NCBI GenBank assembly: GCA_035546575.1
Contig: DASZWN010000001.1
Span: forward strand, 1 to 47,081
Direction: 5' to 3'
DNA length: 47,081 nt
Origin: Minisyncoccota bacterium
GTDB taxonomy: Bacteria > Patescibacteriota > Minisyncoccia > Phycocordibacterales > SBAW01
Shown: in pieces, positions 34,751 through 43,645 of the stretch
Position numbering within the stretch: position 1 is the first letter of the stretch
Layout of the letters: every line of letters begins with the position of its first letter
The notes under the pieces: model-generated
Told to the model about the DNA's origin: nothing
The model's input: the letters and a program-made list of their open reading frames with translations, nothing else
The model's database searches: none
Made by a program: the position numbers and the translations under genes

Positions 34751-35872
34751 CTATAGGTCTTTTGTAGCTATCTGCGGCGTGCTTGAGCTTTCTACCACCG
34801 CAAATGAGATACGGCCGATGAGTGAGCCGTTTGAGGTCTCGATATCGCAGCGCCATTTGCCCGGCGTTACTTTAGAGACGGTAAAGCCGCGATACCCCTC
34901 GTCGCGCCCGCCGTTTATCGGGAATGAGATCCGCGACATTACGACCCACTTCCCTGCCTCTTGGTCGTAGCGCTCCCACGTGTGATATATGGGCGCCGAA
35001 AGACTCGTTGGCGCAAACACCGAGGAGAAGCACGATGCCTTGTTGTCCGCCGTGAGCGTATAGGTGTTGGAAGTATCGCGCCAGAATACGTACCACGGTG
35101 CGGGCTCGTATGCGCCCGAATAAATACTGTCGGTACCGCCGGCAGGCGCAGGCAAACGCGTGAGCGAGTGATATACGCCGATACCTTTGAGCGAGAGCGG
35201 GACCGGGGGGATAATCTGGAGGAAATAGAGCGCGTTAAAGCCGAGGAAGATCGCGACAATAATCACGCGCGCCTCCATAAGCAGCTGTTTTTCTTGCGTG
35301 CCGCGCCTCAGCACATAGCGCAGCAGCACCAAAAACGGAATCATCACCACTAAACTGATGAGGCCGCTGATTATAAACACCCAGGTGCCTACCGAGTGCA
35401 AGATAAATGTCGGCACGGCGATGATCGCGTAGGTTAACAGCAGCAAGTAGTACACCGCGATGTTAAAACGCAGCTGCTCGTAGCGCGTTTTAAGAAACTC
35501 GTTGCCGATGAGCATCGCCGCGAGTATGAGGAGAAAAAGCGTCGAGCCTGCAAGCGTTCCACTTTTGCCGTACAAGACAAGCAGGTTGCTTGATAAACCT
35601 CCAAAACAGAACTGTAAAATAAGCAGCAAGAAGATCGGCGGCGCGTTTACGATGTCGGTAGTTCTGCGCGTCTGACGCAAGTTGAGGATAATAATCAGCG
35701 AGCCGGCAATAAAGAGGTACGAGAGCAGGAGCAGATTGTCGAAGACGCTGTCGGGCCGCTTGGCGATAAACAGATCGAAGATAAAGCCTATTGTGAGCGA
35801 GGCAGCAGCAAGCGGCCGTTCGTAACGATTCCACAAATCGACAAGCGATCGAAAAGGAGAGGAGAATCTCAT
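34751..35872 (-). CDS. Polytopic membrane protein with a C-terminal DUF2914-like extracytoplasmic domain
   Basis: 373 aa with about 8 TM helices, then a soluble domain (IYHTWERYDQEAGKWVVMSRISFPINGGRDEGYRGFTVSKVTPGKWRCDIETSNGSLIGRISF) matching my recollection of DUF2914. Confidence 0.65.
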   Translation of the reverse strand: MRFSSPFRSLVDLWNRYERPLAAASLTIGFIFDLFIAKRPDSVFDNLLLLSYLFIAGSLIIILNLRQTRRTTDIVNAPPIFLLLILQFCFGGLSSNLLVLYGKSGTLAGSTLFLLILAAMLIGNEFLKTRYEQLRFNIAVYYLLLLTYAIIAVPTFILHSVGTWVFIISGLISLVVMIPFLVLLRYVLRRGTQEKQLLMEARVIIVAIFLGFNALYFLQIIPPVPLSLKGIGVYHSLTRLPAPAGGTDSIYSGAYEPAPWYVFWRDTSNTYTLTADNKASCFSSVFAPTSLSAPIYHTWERYDQEAGKWVVMSRISFPINGGRDEGYRGFTVSKVTPGKWRCDIETSNGSLIGRISFAVVESSSTPQIATKDL

Positions 35873-35905
35873 ACCTCTATCTTACTCTATTCTGCTGTTG
35901 TGCTC

Positions 35906-37174
35906 TTACACGAACGAGTCGGGTATCGGGAATTTGGCACAGCCAGCTTTTATCTCCTCGTGTATCTCGTTGAGTTTGCTCTCGTCGCTGCGGTTTTGTA
36001 GCGCATCGAGCATCAACTCCGCCACATGCGCCGACTCCGCCTCTTTAAAGCCGCGAGTCGTGATGGCCGGCGTACCAAAACGGATACCGGACGGGTCCAT
36101 AGGGCTGCGCGTGTCGTCGGCAATAACATTTTTGTTGAGTGTAATGCCTACGCGGTCTAAAAGCGCTTCTGCCTCTTTGCCCGGCACGCCAAGAGAGCCA
36201 AATACGTCCGCCAAAATGAGATGATTAGAAGTCCCGCCGCCGAGCATGCGGACATTGCGCGCACGGAACACCTCCTCCATAGCCTTTGCGTTTTTGAGTA
36301 CCTGCGCCGCGTATGTTTTAAACGATGGTTGCAGCGCCTCACCAAAAGCGACGGCCTTCCCCGCTATTACGTGCATGAGTGGTCCTCCTTGGAGACCTGG
36401 GAAGACTGCTTTGTCTACTCTTTTGCCGATCTCCTCGCTCTCGCGCGTGAGTATAAGCCCGCCACGTGGGCCGCGCAGCGTCTTATGCGTAGTCGAAGTG
36501 ATTACGTCGAATCCATAGTCAAAAGGGTTCTTCACTGCCCCGCCGGCAATGAGGCCTGCAATATGCGCCGCGTCCATCACCGCATAGGCACCGACCTCTT
36601 TTGCAATGGAGCTGATCTTTTCGTAATCAAGCTCGCGCGGATAAGCCGAGTATCCCGCAAGCACAATCTTTGGCTTGCTCTCCAAGGCGGTGCGGCGCAT
36701 CTCATCGTAGTCGATCTCGCCGGTCTCCGGATTCTTCATCTTGTAGCGCACAAAGTTAAAGAACTTGGTGATGTAGGTCACCGGGTGTCCGTGCGTTAAA
36801 TGTCCACCATGCGAGAGATCCATACCGAGCACGGTATCCCCTGGCTCAAGCAGCGCCATGTACATCGCGATATTGGCATTGGCGCCTGCATGCGTCTGCA
36901 CGTTCGCAAACTTGGCGCCAAACAACTTCTTTGCGCGATCAATCGCGATTGTCTCTACTTGGTCGGTGTACGTCTGCCCGCCGTAGTAGCGCTTACCGGG
37001 ATATCCTTCTGAGTATTTGTTCGTAAATATAGAGCCCTGCGCCTCGCGCACTGCTTTGGATACGTAATTTTCGCTTGGAATAAGCTCAAGCCCCTCGCGC
37101 TCGCGAGTCTCTTCGCCCTCGAGTGTATCGAATACTTCTTTGTCTTGTTTTTGAATGTATGAGTAGTCTTCCAT
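35906..37174 (-). CDS. glyA: Serine hydroxymethyltransferase
   Basis: 422 aa: ELIPSENYVS, YSEGYPGKRYYGG, TSTTHKTLRGPRGG (PLP lysine motif). Confidence 0.98.
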   Translation of the reverse strand: MEDYSYIQKQDKEVFDTLEGEETREREGLELIPSENYVSKAVREAQGSIFTNKYSEGYPGKRYYGGQTYTDQVETIAIDRAKKLFGAKFANVQTHAGANANIAMYMALLEPGDTVLGMDLSHGGHLTHGHPVTYITKFFNFVRYKMKNPETGEIDYDEMRRTALESKPKIVLAGYSAYPRELDYEKISSIAKEVGAYAVMDAAHIAGLIAGGAVKNPFDYGFDVITSTTHKTLRGPRGGLILTRESEEIGKRVDKAVFPGLQGGPLMHVIAGKAVAFGEALQPSFKTYAAQVLKNAKAMEEVFRARNVRMLGGGTSNHLILADVFGSLGVPGKEAEALLDRVGITLNKNVIADDTRSPMDPSGIRFGTPAITTRGFKEAESAHVAELMLDALQNRSDESKLNEIHEEIKAGCAKFPIPDSFV

Positions 37175-37223
37175 AGTGTTTGGAGTTAAAAGTGAGTAAA
37201 CCTATGGAGCGCGTTAGATCATA

Positions 37224-38189
37224 TTAGCCGTGGATCTTTTTATTATACCCTCCCGAGACGGTAAGCTCTGCCTTGATCGGCGGATGCGGGTCGTAGCCCT
37301 CAAGCACCACCATCTCCGGCTTAAACGCGTCGAGGTTTGGCACATCGCCATCGATGCGGAGTGTTGGGAACGGCTTAGGTTCGCGCGAGAGCTGCTCTTT
37401 GATCTGCTCGCGATGATTCTCGTACATATGGAAGTCGCCAAAGGTGTGCACAAACTCCCCCGGCTCGCGGCCCAAGATCTTTGCAATCACCGCGGTGAGG
37501 AGCGCGTAGCTCGCGATATTAAACGGCACACCAAGGAAGATGTCGGCGCTGCGCTGGTACAACTGGAGGCAGACCTTCCCCTTTTTAATATTGACCTGAT
37601 ACATATTGTGGCAAATCGGGAATCGTGCCCCTTCGCCCGGCTTTGCCATCGCGTACATATATTGCGGGTCCCATGAGGTCACCAGCGTGTTATGCGCATC
37701 CGGGTCTTTGCGGAGCTCGTCTACAACCCAACCAAGCTGATCTACCGTGCGGCCATCAATCGCCGGCCAGCGGCGCCACATTTCGCCGTAGATATGCGGG
37801 AGCTCGCCGTGCGCCGCGGCAAATGCAGCGTCATTTTTAATCTTCTCTACAAATTCTTCTTTAGTAAGTGTTGGAGCGCTCCCCTTCTCCATCTTTTCTT
37901 TATAGATACGGTATGGATAGTCGTCCCAGATGTGCACGTTTTGGTCGACCAAATATTTTATATTGCTCTGGCCCGAGAGAAACCAGTACAGCTCGTGCAG
38001 CACGCCGGCCCAATACACCTTCTTGGTGGTGAGCATCGGGAAGCCCTGCGAGAGGTCAAAGCGGATCTGCGCGCCAAAGACGCTGTAGGTCTTGACCCCT
38101 GTGCCGCTGTCGACCTGCTCCTCGCCCTCCTCAAGGGTCTTGCGGAGCAACTCTAGATACTGCTGTTCTGGGTGTTTGTCCATGATCAT
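37224..38189 (-). CDS. thyA: Thymidylate synthase (ThyA, long form)
   Basis: FGAQIRFDL, GFPMLTTKKV, WDPQ...PICHNMYQ (catalytic Cys), QLYQRSADIFLGVPFNIASYALL. The start is set at the ATG at 38189, which overlaps the dcd stop as ATGA. The ORF-track start at 38237 is a TTG inside dcd. Confidence 0.96.
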   Translation of the reverse strand: MIMDKHPEQQYLELLRKTLEEGEEQVDSGTGVKTYSVFGAQIRFDLSQGFPMLTTKKVYWAGVLHELYWFLSGQSNIKYLVDQNVHIWDDYPYRIYKEKMEKGSAPTLTKEEFVEKIKNDAAFAAAHGELPHIYGEMWRRWPAIDGRTVDQLGWVVDELRKDPDAHNTLVTSWDPQYMYAMAKPGEGARFPICHNMYQVNIKKGKVCLQLYQRSADIFLGVPFNIASYALLTAVIAKILGREPGEFVHTFGDFHMYENHREQIKEQLSREPKPFPTLRIDGDVPNLDAFKPEMVVLEGYDPHPPIKAELTVSGGYNKKIHG

Positions 38190-38749
38190 TTTTTCTTTTT
38201 CTTTACAGCCTGTTTCTCGCCTGCGTAATGGTTCCAATTGTCTTTGGCAAAACGTCCGGTGTCGCGATAGCTCTGGCGCGTCGGGCTCGAGAGCTTGGAG
38301 AAGGTTATCTGCGCTATCTTCATCCCCGGCCTCAGCACGATAGGAATATTGTTTTGGTTGGTTATCTCAAGCGTAATGTTGAGGAAGTGCCCCGGATTTA
38401 CGATACCGGCAGTATTGTGGATCATAAGCCCCACACGAGCGAGCGACGACTTACCACTTAACTGGATAAGATAGTGATCGGAACCGAAGTAATCCTTAGT
38501 GGTACCTAAAACCGAAATGCCCGGGCGCAATATAAACTCGTCGCCGTCTTTGACCCGCACCTCGCGCGTCTTGGCATAGATCTTTTTAACCGGGTCGATA
38601 ATGGTTGCCGTGTACTCGTCGTTGAGCAGAAACTCATTGCCCAGCAGGAGGTCGTAGCTTGCAGGGCCAAGGCGCGACTCGTCAAAGGGCTTTAGCGTGA
38701 TGCGCTTTGTTTTAACCTCTTTCAGAATATCTACATCAGAGAGAAACAT
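38186..38749 (-). CDS. dcd: dCTP deaminase family protein (possibly bifunctional dCTP deaminase/dUTPase)
   Basis: 187 aa: MFLSDVDILKEV...LGPASYDLLLG..., beta-barrel dUTPase-like fold motifs (GKSSLARVGLMIHNTAGIVNPGH). Confidence 0.9.
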   Translation of the reverse strand: MFLSDVDILKEVKTKRITLKPFDESRLGPASYDLLLGNEFLLNDEYTATIIDPVKKIYAKTREVRVKDGDEFILRPGISVLGTTKDYFGSDHYLIQLSGKSSLARVGLMIHNTAGIVNPGHFLNITLEITNQNNIPIVLRPGMKIAQITFSKLSSPTRQSYRDTGRFAKDNWNHYAGEKQAVKKKKK

Positions 38750-38756
38750 GGTGATG

Positions 38757-39431
38757 TTATTGAATAGTAAAAATCTTATCTGTTCCGTAATACTCCGGCC
38801 AATGCTCGTTGTAGAACGCGAACATCCTCTCGAGCCTATCTTGCGGCAGTTCCTCTACGCCGCACTCCGCCATGAGCGCATGGATAGAATCTCGGGCCGC
38901 ATCTACCTCGTTTGCATCGCCGACCACCTTCTCAAACTCGGCGAGCCACCCGTAGCCGGCGTTATGGTCGAGACATACTGTCGCACCCTTAAACGCATAC
39001 TCTTCCCTCTCGCGCGACCACTTAGCTTGGTAAGTAAAGCCGGCGTCTAGGAGCATCTTATCGAGCGCATCTAGAGAAATACCAACCTTCTCCTCAAACT
39101 CGATACGGCTTACGCCGTTTGCACTGGTGTCGTCGCCGACCGAGGCTTTGAGCACTAAAAGAGTTGTACCGTTTTTGTCGCGCGTGCGCAGAGAAAAATC
39201 GGTCGCTTTTGCTGCCAAGTCATCAAACTTTGCACGAGCCTCGGGCGAGAGAATCGGAGCAACTACCGTAGCCAGCTTTTTTAAATCGCCACCAATAAAA
39301 TAGTGATTGAGCTGCTTGTTAGTAGAAATTTGTTTAGTTGCCGGGTCGAGTTCCTGCATGCGCGCACGTAAAGCGTCCGCCTGTTCGCGACTCCCTAAAA
39401 GCGACTTTACCTCCACCTCGTAAGACTGCAT
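38757..39431 (-). CDS. CYTH-domain protein (triphosphate tunnel metalloenzyme; CyaB/ThTPase family)
   Basis: 224 aa beginning MQSYEVEVKSLLG (the ExExK signature), with later acidic/basic beta-strand motifs (RIEFEEKV, CLDHNAGYGWLAEFE). Confidence 0.75.
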   Translation of the reverse strand: MQSYEVEVKSLLGSREQADALRARMQELDPATKQISTNKQLNHYFIGGDLKKLATVVAPILSPEARAKFDDLAAKATDFSLRTRDKNGTTLLVLKASVGDDTSANGVSRIEFEEKVGISLDALDKMLLDAGFTYQAKWSREREEYAFKGATVCLDHNAGYGWLAEFEKVVGDANEVDAARDSIHALMAECGVEELPQDRLERMFAFYNEHWPEYYGTDKIFTIQ

Positions 39432-39594
39432 TGGCTTTATAGTACCCTCCGCCCTGCCTTTGCCAAACTAATGACTATTCCCCACTTTATCCCCACAGAT
39501 ATCAACAAAAACACAATCTAAATATGGCCTTGATTTTAAACAAGATTTATTGCATTCTCTTGGCAGAAAAGTAACCGAACAAGGAGTGACAACG

Positions 39595-40296
39595 ATGTCC
39601 AACTATCGCAGTGTATTTCCCAAGAAACACACTTTTCTTCCGGTGATTCACGTGGAGAACCCGGATCAAGCGGTCCGTAATGCGCGTATCGCTATCAACG
39701 AAGGAGCAGATGGGGTATTCCTGATCAACCACCACATATCAGCGGACGATCTGCTCTCGAGCTACGAAGCGGTTCTGAGGAGAGTGCCCACGGCATGGAT
39801 CGGCGTGAATTATCTGCGTACGACCGCGACAGAAGCGGTGCAGTATATGCGGTCGTCGATGAACGGGCTCTGGGTTGATAATGCCGGGGTGTATGAGGAC
39901 GCACGCGGTTCGCAAGAAGCGGCCACTCTTTTCAAGACCCAGCAGGAGTTGGAGAGAATGTGGCAAGGAGAATTCCTCCTTTTTGGAGGAGTAGCTTTCA
40001 AGGGCCAGGAATCCGTTAAGGACCCGGCTCGGATGGCAAAGCTTGCTATGCCGTACGTGGACGTCATAACCACGAGCGGCGTAGCTACCGGTTTTGCGCC
40101 GCCCGTCGACAAGATCCGGCTGATGCGCGAGGCGATTGGCGAGCATCCTCTTGCGATCGCAAGCGGCATGACACCGGAGAATGTGCACAAGTATCTGCCC
40201 TATACCGATGCGTTTCTCGTTGCAACCGGTATCAGCAAATCCTTTACCGAACTCGACCCCAAAAAGGTCGCGCAATTTGTGAAGGCACTCTGCTGA
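39595..40296 (+). CDS. BtpA/SgcQ-family TIM-barrel protein
   Basis: The ATG at 39595 is preceded by AAGGAG. The sequence shows FLPVIHVENPDQAVRNARIAINEGADGVFLIN, IGVNYL, and a C-terminal AIASGMTPENVHKYLPYTDAFLVATGISK resembling BtpA-family ends. The family call is from recollection. Confidence 0.55.
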   Translation: MSNYRSVFPKKHTFLPVIHVENPDQAVRNARIAINEGADGVFLINHHISADDLLSSYEAVLRRVPTAWIGVNYLRTTATEAVQYMRSSMNGLWVDNAGVYEDARGSQEAATLFKTQQELERMWQGEFLLFGGVAFKGQESVKDPARMAKLAMPYVDVITTSGVATGFAPPVDKIRLMREAIGEHPLAIASGMTPENVHKYLPYTDAFLVATGISKSFTELDPKKVAQFVKALC

Positions 40297-40304
40297 TTCA
40301 ACTC

Positions 40305-40338
40305 GTTCCCCCGCACAACCTGCGGGGGAACTTCTTTA
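40305..40338 (+). terminator. Rho-independent terminator after the BtpA-like gene
   Basis: Perfect 11-bp stem GTTCCCCCGCA-caacc-TGCGGGGGAAC followed by TTCTTTA. Confidence 0.75.
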
Positions 40339-40372
40339 TATATACTCTCCTCTCTCATGCTATAGTCGCTTT

Positions 40373-40873
40373 ATGCAAAAACCTCGTGTAAGCCTTATTG
40401 TTTCGATCGGCAAGAATATGGTGATTGGCCGCTCGGACAAGCTCATGTGGCCAATCCCGGAGGACCTTAAGCGGTTTAAACAGCTCACTATGGGTCATCC
40501 GGTTGTTATGGGCCGGAAGACTTTTGAGTCGATTTTGGCCTCTTTGGGCAAACCACTATCCGGCCGCACTAATATTGTTGTGACGCGCGATGAGAGCTAC
40601 AAGCCCGAGGGCGCAATAATTACTCACACTCTTGAGGACGCAATTACAAAAGCAAAAGAGATCGACCAGGAAGAAATTTTTATCGGCGGCGGCGCACAGA
40701 TTTATGAGCAAGCACTCCCCATGGTAGACCGCCTCTACCTCACCCTTATAGACGACGAAAAAGAGGGCGACGCCTATTTCCCCGAGTACGAGCACTTATT
40801 TACTAAAAAAATCTCTGAGGAGCCGCGCGAATATAACGGCCTCAAATATTCGTGGGTTACTTTAGAGCACTAG
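40373..40873 (+). CDS. folA: Dihydrofolate reductase
   Basis: 166 aa: SLIVSIGKNMVIGRSDKLMWPIPEDLKRFKQLTMGHPVVMGRKTFESI, NIVVTRD, IFIGGGAQIYEQALP, LYLTLID. Confidence 0.97.
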   Translation: MQKPRVSLIVSIGKNMVIGRSDKLMWPIPEDLKRFKQLTMGHPVVMGRKTFESILASLGKPLSGRTNIVVTRDESYKPEGAIITHTLEDAITKAKEIDQEEIFIGGGAQIYEQALPMVDRLYLTLIDDEKEGDAYFPEYEHLFTKKISEEPREYNGLKYSWVTLEH

Positions 40874-41612
40874 GCTTACCTTTCTTCCACTTTGCTTTTG
40901 TTAAAAATGGTGCAAAGAGATCTTCTTTGAGCGGCACTTTAAAGCTGTGCCAGCCTTTATTGGTTTTGCGCCCTTTCCAGACAATACCAGGAGCGTTGCG
41001 GATTACGGCAAGCGGTGTTTGCTCGCTCCCCTCGCCCATTACGAGCACTGCGCTTGCTGCAAGTGCATCAGCCAGGTTTGCCTGCTCAAAATTAAATTTT
41101 CTACCGAACAAATCTTTTGCACCCCGATAATCGTACAGAGGCTCAAACCCAGCCCACGCAAGGGCAAAACCAATTGCGCCGCGGCGCAGCGGGCTGCTGA
41201 TCGAGTCGGTAATAATGACGCCAAGTTGTTTGAGTTTGTACTCTTTCAGTAAAAACGCCCGTATCTGTTTTGCCGATCGCATCGGGTCTTGAGGCCACAA
41301 AATAAAGTGGCCTTTTGCATTGCTCTCGTCGATGCCAGCACTGCGGATCAGTACACCATTAATTATTGTGTGGAGTGCGTGTCGACCCGGAGTGTACTTT
41401 CTCTCGAGATACAGCTCAGCCTCTTGCTTTGCGAGCGCATCTTTAGTTGCTGCAGTAACTGGCACACAACGCCCTTCGTGGATACTTACCACTTTGGAGG
41501 ATACCGCAATAATGTCGCCGTTTTTAGGTTTGAGCTTAGAGGCTACAATCTTAGAAAACAAAACGTCCTTCGGCGGCACAAGCAAGCCTATTTTGATCGG
41601 GGTTATATCCAT
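40857..41612 (-). CDS. CofE-like protein (F420-0:gamma-glutamyl ligase family fold)
   Basis: The start is set at the ATG at 41612 (MDITPIKIG...). NGDIIAVSSKVVSIHEGRCV, SAGIDESNA and GVIITDSISSPLRRGAIGFALAWAGFEPLYDYRG are typical of the CofE/FbiB N-terminal family. The 3' end overlaps folA by 17 nt (convergent). Confidence 0.7.
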   Translation of the reverse strand: MDITPIKIGLLVPPKDVLFSKIVASKLKPKNGDIIAVSSKVVSIHEGRCVPVTAATKDALAKQEAELYLERKYTPGRHALHTIINGVLIRSAGIDESNAKGHFILWPQDPMRSAKQIRAFLLKEYKLKQLGVIITDSISSPLRRGAIGFALAWAGFEPLYDYRGAKDLFGRKFNFEQANLADALAASAVLVMGEGSEQTPLAVIRNAPGIVWKGRKTNKGWHSFKVPLKEDLFAPFLTKAKWKKGKPSALK

Positions 41613-41633
41613 GAGACTAGAGTAACAGAGTAA

Positions 41634-41667
41634 TGCAAAACGCCGCGACCTTAAATAGTCGCGGCGT
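41634..41667 (-). terminator. Rho-independent terminator after the 137-aa ORF
   Basis: Perfect 10-bp stem ACGCCGCGAC-cttaaata-GTCGCGGCGT, followed on the minus strand by TTTTGC. Confidence 0.7.
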
Positions 41668-41676
41668 GTTTGGCCT

Positions 41677-42090
41677 TTAGACAGATTCCAGGGCCTTGGG
41701 TGCAAAGGATCCAGCACTTCCGTTGAGTTGGATCCCTCCGCTAACGAAAAGAAGAGGGGTGCTCTTGAAATCACTGTCTGCAAACTTTGCACTTATGGCA
41801 GTTACCCAAGCGGTATAGTTTGCGATCTCTCCGATTGGGAGTGAGTGATAGGAAGAGCGGTGGTGAAAGCCAAAGTACAGTACAACGGACTCCTGAATCG
41901 CGAAGGACATTTGCAGACCCCCGCGTGTGACGTCCTCAGCCCTGCACCAGACTTTTTCTCCGCGGTAATACGGAACTGTAGCTACAATTTGGCGGAACTT
42001 ATCCTCAATCTCTGCGAGATCAATCAGGCCTCCGCTCATGCAAAAGTGGAGGCTCGCAACAGCACCAAAACCTTGCTCCTTGCCGGACAT
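41677..42090 (-). CDS. Hypothetical protein (137 aa) occupying the position normally held by rplA
   Basis: ATG-initiated ORF with its own terminator. No similarity to ribosomal protein L1 or any family I recognise. Confidence 0.5.
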   Translation of the reverse strand: MSGKEQGFGAVASLHFCMSGGLIDLAEIEDKFRQIVATVPYYRGEKVWCRAEDVTRGGLQMSFAIQESVVLYFGFHHRSSYHSLPIGEIANYTAWVTAISAKFADSDFKSTPLLFVSGGIQLNGSAGSFAPKALESV

Positions 42091-42267
42091 TATTAGACCC
42101 TCGTTGTTGTAAGAACTTTGAAAAATCCGTGTCTCCCTTTTGGATAACGCGGAAAACGAGCTACAAGTTACAAAGGATTTTATTTTACGTCAACCCACAC
42201 ATACTTTTCTGCTGAAAAGTTGCGCGGGCCCGCCTCGGCTCGACAGCCTCCGGCTCGTTGATGTTTC

Positions 42268-42690
42268 CTATTTCACATCAACGCCCATTGATCGAGCAGA
42301 GCCTGCAACAACCTTCATTGCCTGGTCGATGTCGTGCGCGTTGAGGTCGGGCATCTTCTTTTCTGCGATCTCCTTAAGCTGCGCCTTATTGAGCGTGCCG
42401 ATCTTTGCAGTGTTTGGCTTGCCGCTACCCTTCTCTTTGCCGAGCGCTTTGAGGATAAGGCTTGAGACCGGAGGAGTCTTGAGGACAAAGTCGTATGAGC
42501 GGTCCTCGTAGACCGAGATCTCTGCAGGCACCATGTCGCCGCGCATCTCCTTAGATGCCTCGTTAAACTTCTTGATGAACTCGCCGATGTTGATGCCGGC
42601 AGGGCCCAAGACTTGCCCCATAGCTGGAGTCATAGCAGCTGCGCCGCCGTTCGCGATGATCTTTATCTTTTTGACTACTTTCTTTGCCAT
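42268..42690 (-). CDS. rplK: 50S ribosomal protein L11
   Basis: 140 aa: AGGAAAMTPAMGQVLGPAGINIGEFIKKFN, YEDRSYDFVLKTPP, GSGKPNTAKIGTL. Confidence 0.98.
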   Translation of the reverse strand: MAKKVVKKIKIIANGGAAAMTPAMGQVLGPAGINIGEFIKKFNEASKEMRGDMVPAEISVYEDRSYDFVLKTPPVSSLILKALGKEKGSGKPNTAKIGTLNKAQLKEIAEKKMPDLNAHDIDQAMKVVAGSARSMGVDVK

Positions 42691-42730
42691 ATGATGAGAT
42701 TAAGAGAATACCGTATTTTATCGATTTTGG

Positions 42731-43282
42731 CTATATACGCTTGATTTGCAAGAAATCCAATTCGACTGGTGTCTCGCGGCCAAACATCGCCACCAAAACT
42801 TTTACCTTTCCGCGAGCCTCGTCTACCTCGCCCACCTTGCCATCGAGGTCTTTAAACGGACCGTCAACAATAACAACAGCGTCGCCGATAGAAAGGTCGA
42901 TTGCGTGTTTGACCGAGCCCTCTGCAGCCTGCATGCGGCCAAGGAGCTCATCAACTTCCTTCTGTTGGAGCGGAACCGGGTTAACACCAGATCCGACAAA
43001 GCCCGTTACGCGAGGCGTGTTGCGCACGACGTACCACGACTGGTCATCTACCATCATGTCTACGAGCACATAGCCAGGGAATACCTTCTCTTCCTCCTCG
43101 ACGCGGCGGCCGCCTTTAATCTTGACCGTGCGCTCGGTTGGCACTACCACCTGGAAAATTTTATCACCGAGGCCGAGGCTCTCTATGCGCTGACGCAAGT
43201 TGCGTGCGACCGCGTTCTCATAGCCCGCATAGGTATGTATCGCATACCACGCTCTGCCTACTGATGTATCTTGCTTTGCCAT
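42731..43282 (-). CDS. nusG: Transcription termination/antitermination factor NusG
   Basis: 183 aa: WYAIHTYAGYENAV (NGN domain) and a C-terminal KOW (GDAVVIVDGPFKDLDGKVGEVD). Confidence 0.97.
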   Translation of the reverse strand: MAKQDTSVGRAWYAIHTYAGYENAVARNLRQRIESLGLGDKIFQVVVPTERTVKIKGGRRVEEEEKVFPGYVLVDMMVDDQSWYVVRNTPRVTGFVGSGVNPVPLQQKEVDELLGRMQAAEGSVKHAIDLSIGDAVVIVDGPFKDLDGKVGEVDEARGKVKVLVAMFGRETPVELDFLQIKRI

Positions 43283-43306
43283 AGGTAATAAGTACGTGAG
43301 TTAGAT

Positions 43307-43477
43307 TTATATGATGCTGCGTAATAGTGCGGCAAACGAGTAATCGAGGAGTCCCAGGTACACTGCGGTACCAAGTGATGCAGCAATAACCACTATCGTG
43401 TATGCGATAGCTTGCGAGCGTGACGGCCACGAAACGTGTTTGAGCTCTGAGCGAACGTCTTTAAAGTATTGCCACAT
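43307..43477 (-). CDS. secE: Preprotein translocase subunit SecE (56 aa; below the ORF-track size cutoff)
   Basis: Hand translation: MWQYFKDVRSELKHVSWPSRSQAIAYTIVVIAASLGTAVYLGLLDYSFAALLRSII. It shows the E-L-K-x-V-x-W-P motif plus a single TM helix, an AAGAGGA RBS, and the canonical position before nusG. Confidence 0.85.
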   Translation of the reverse strand: MWQYFKDVRSELKHVSWPSRSQAIAYTIVVIAASLGTAVYLGLLDYSFAALLRSII

Positions 43478-43571
43478 ATTAATCAATTATCCTCTTTAAT
43501 TGTCCGTTTTCCCTATCTAGCGACAGGCAAAACGGTTGCCTAAGAAAAAACCCCTCCCGGGGCTTTTTCTT

Positions 43572-43599
43572 ATCATACCCTACTCGGCCTGCTAGTCAA
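43572..43599 (-). promoter_or_regulatory. Candidate promoter for secE-nusG-rplK
   Basis: The minus strand reads TTGACT - 16 nt - TATGAT, about 95 nt upstream of the secE ATG. Confidence 0.35.
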
Positions 43600-43645
43600 G
43601 CCCGCCTCGACTCCGTCTGGGCGCCGAGACCGAGCCGAGGCGGAG

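Noticed and set aside
38190-38237. TTG-initiated extension of thyA
   Set aside because: It lies inside the dcd coding region. The ATG at 38189 gives the classic ATGA stop/start overlap and a ThyA-like N-terminus.
43218-43430. 70-aa minus-strand ORF from the track upstream of nusG
   Set aside because: Cys/Tyr/His-rich and not SecE-like. A different frame gives a textbook 56-aa SecE (43307..43477) with an RBS.
43478-43645. Possible rpmG (L33) or tRNA-Trp upstream of secE, as found in many bacteria
   Set aside because: No ORF of L33 type and no cloverleaf found by hand. The region contains only hairpins and a promoter-like element.
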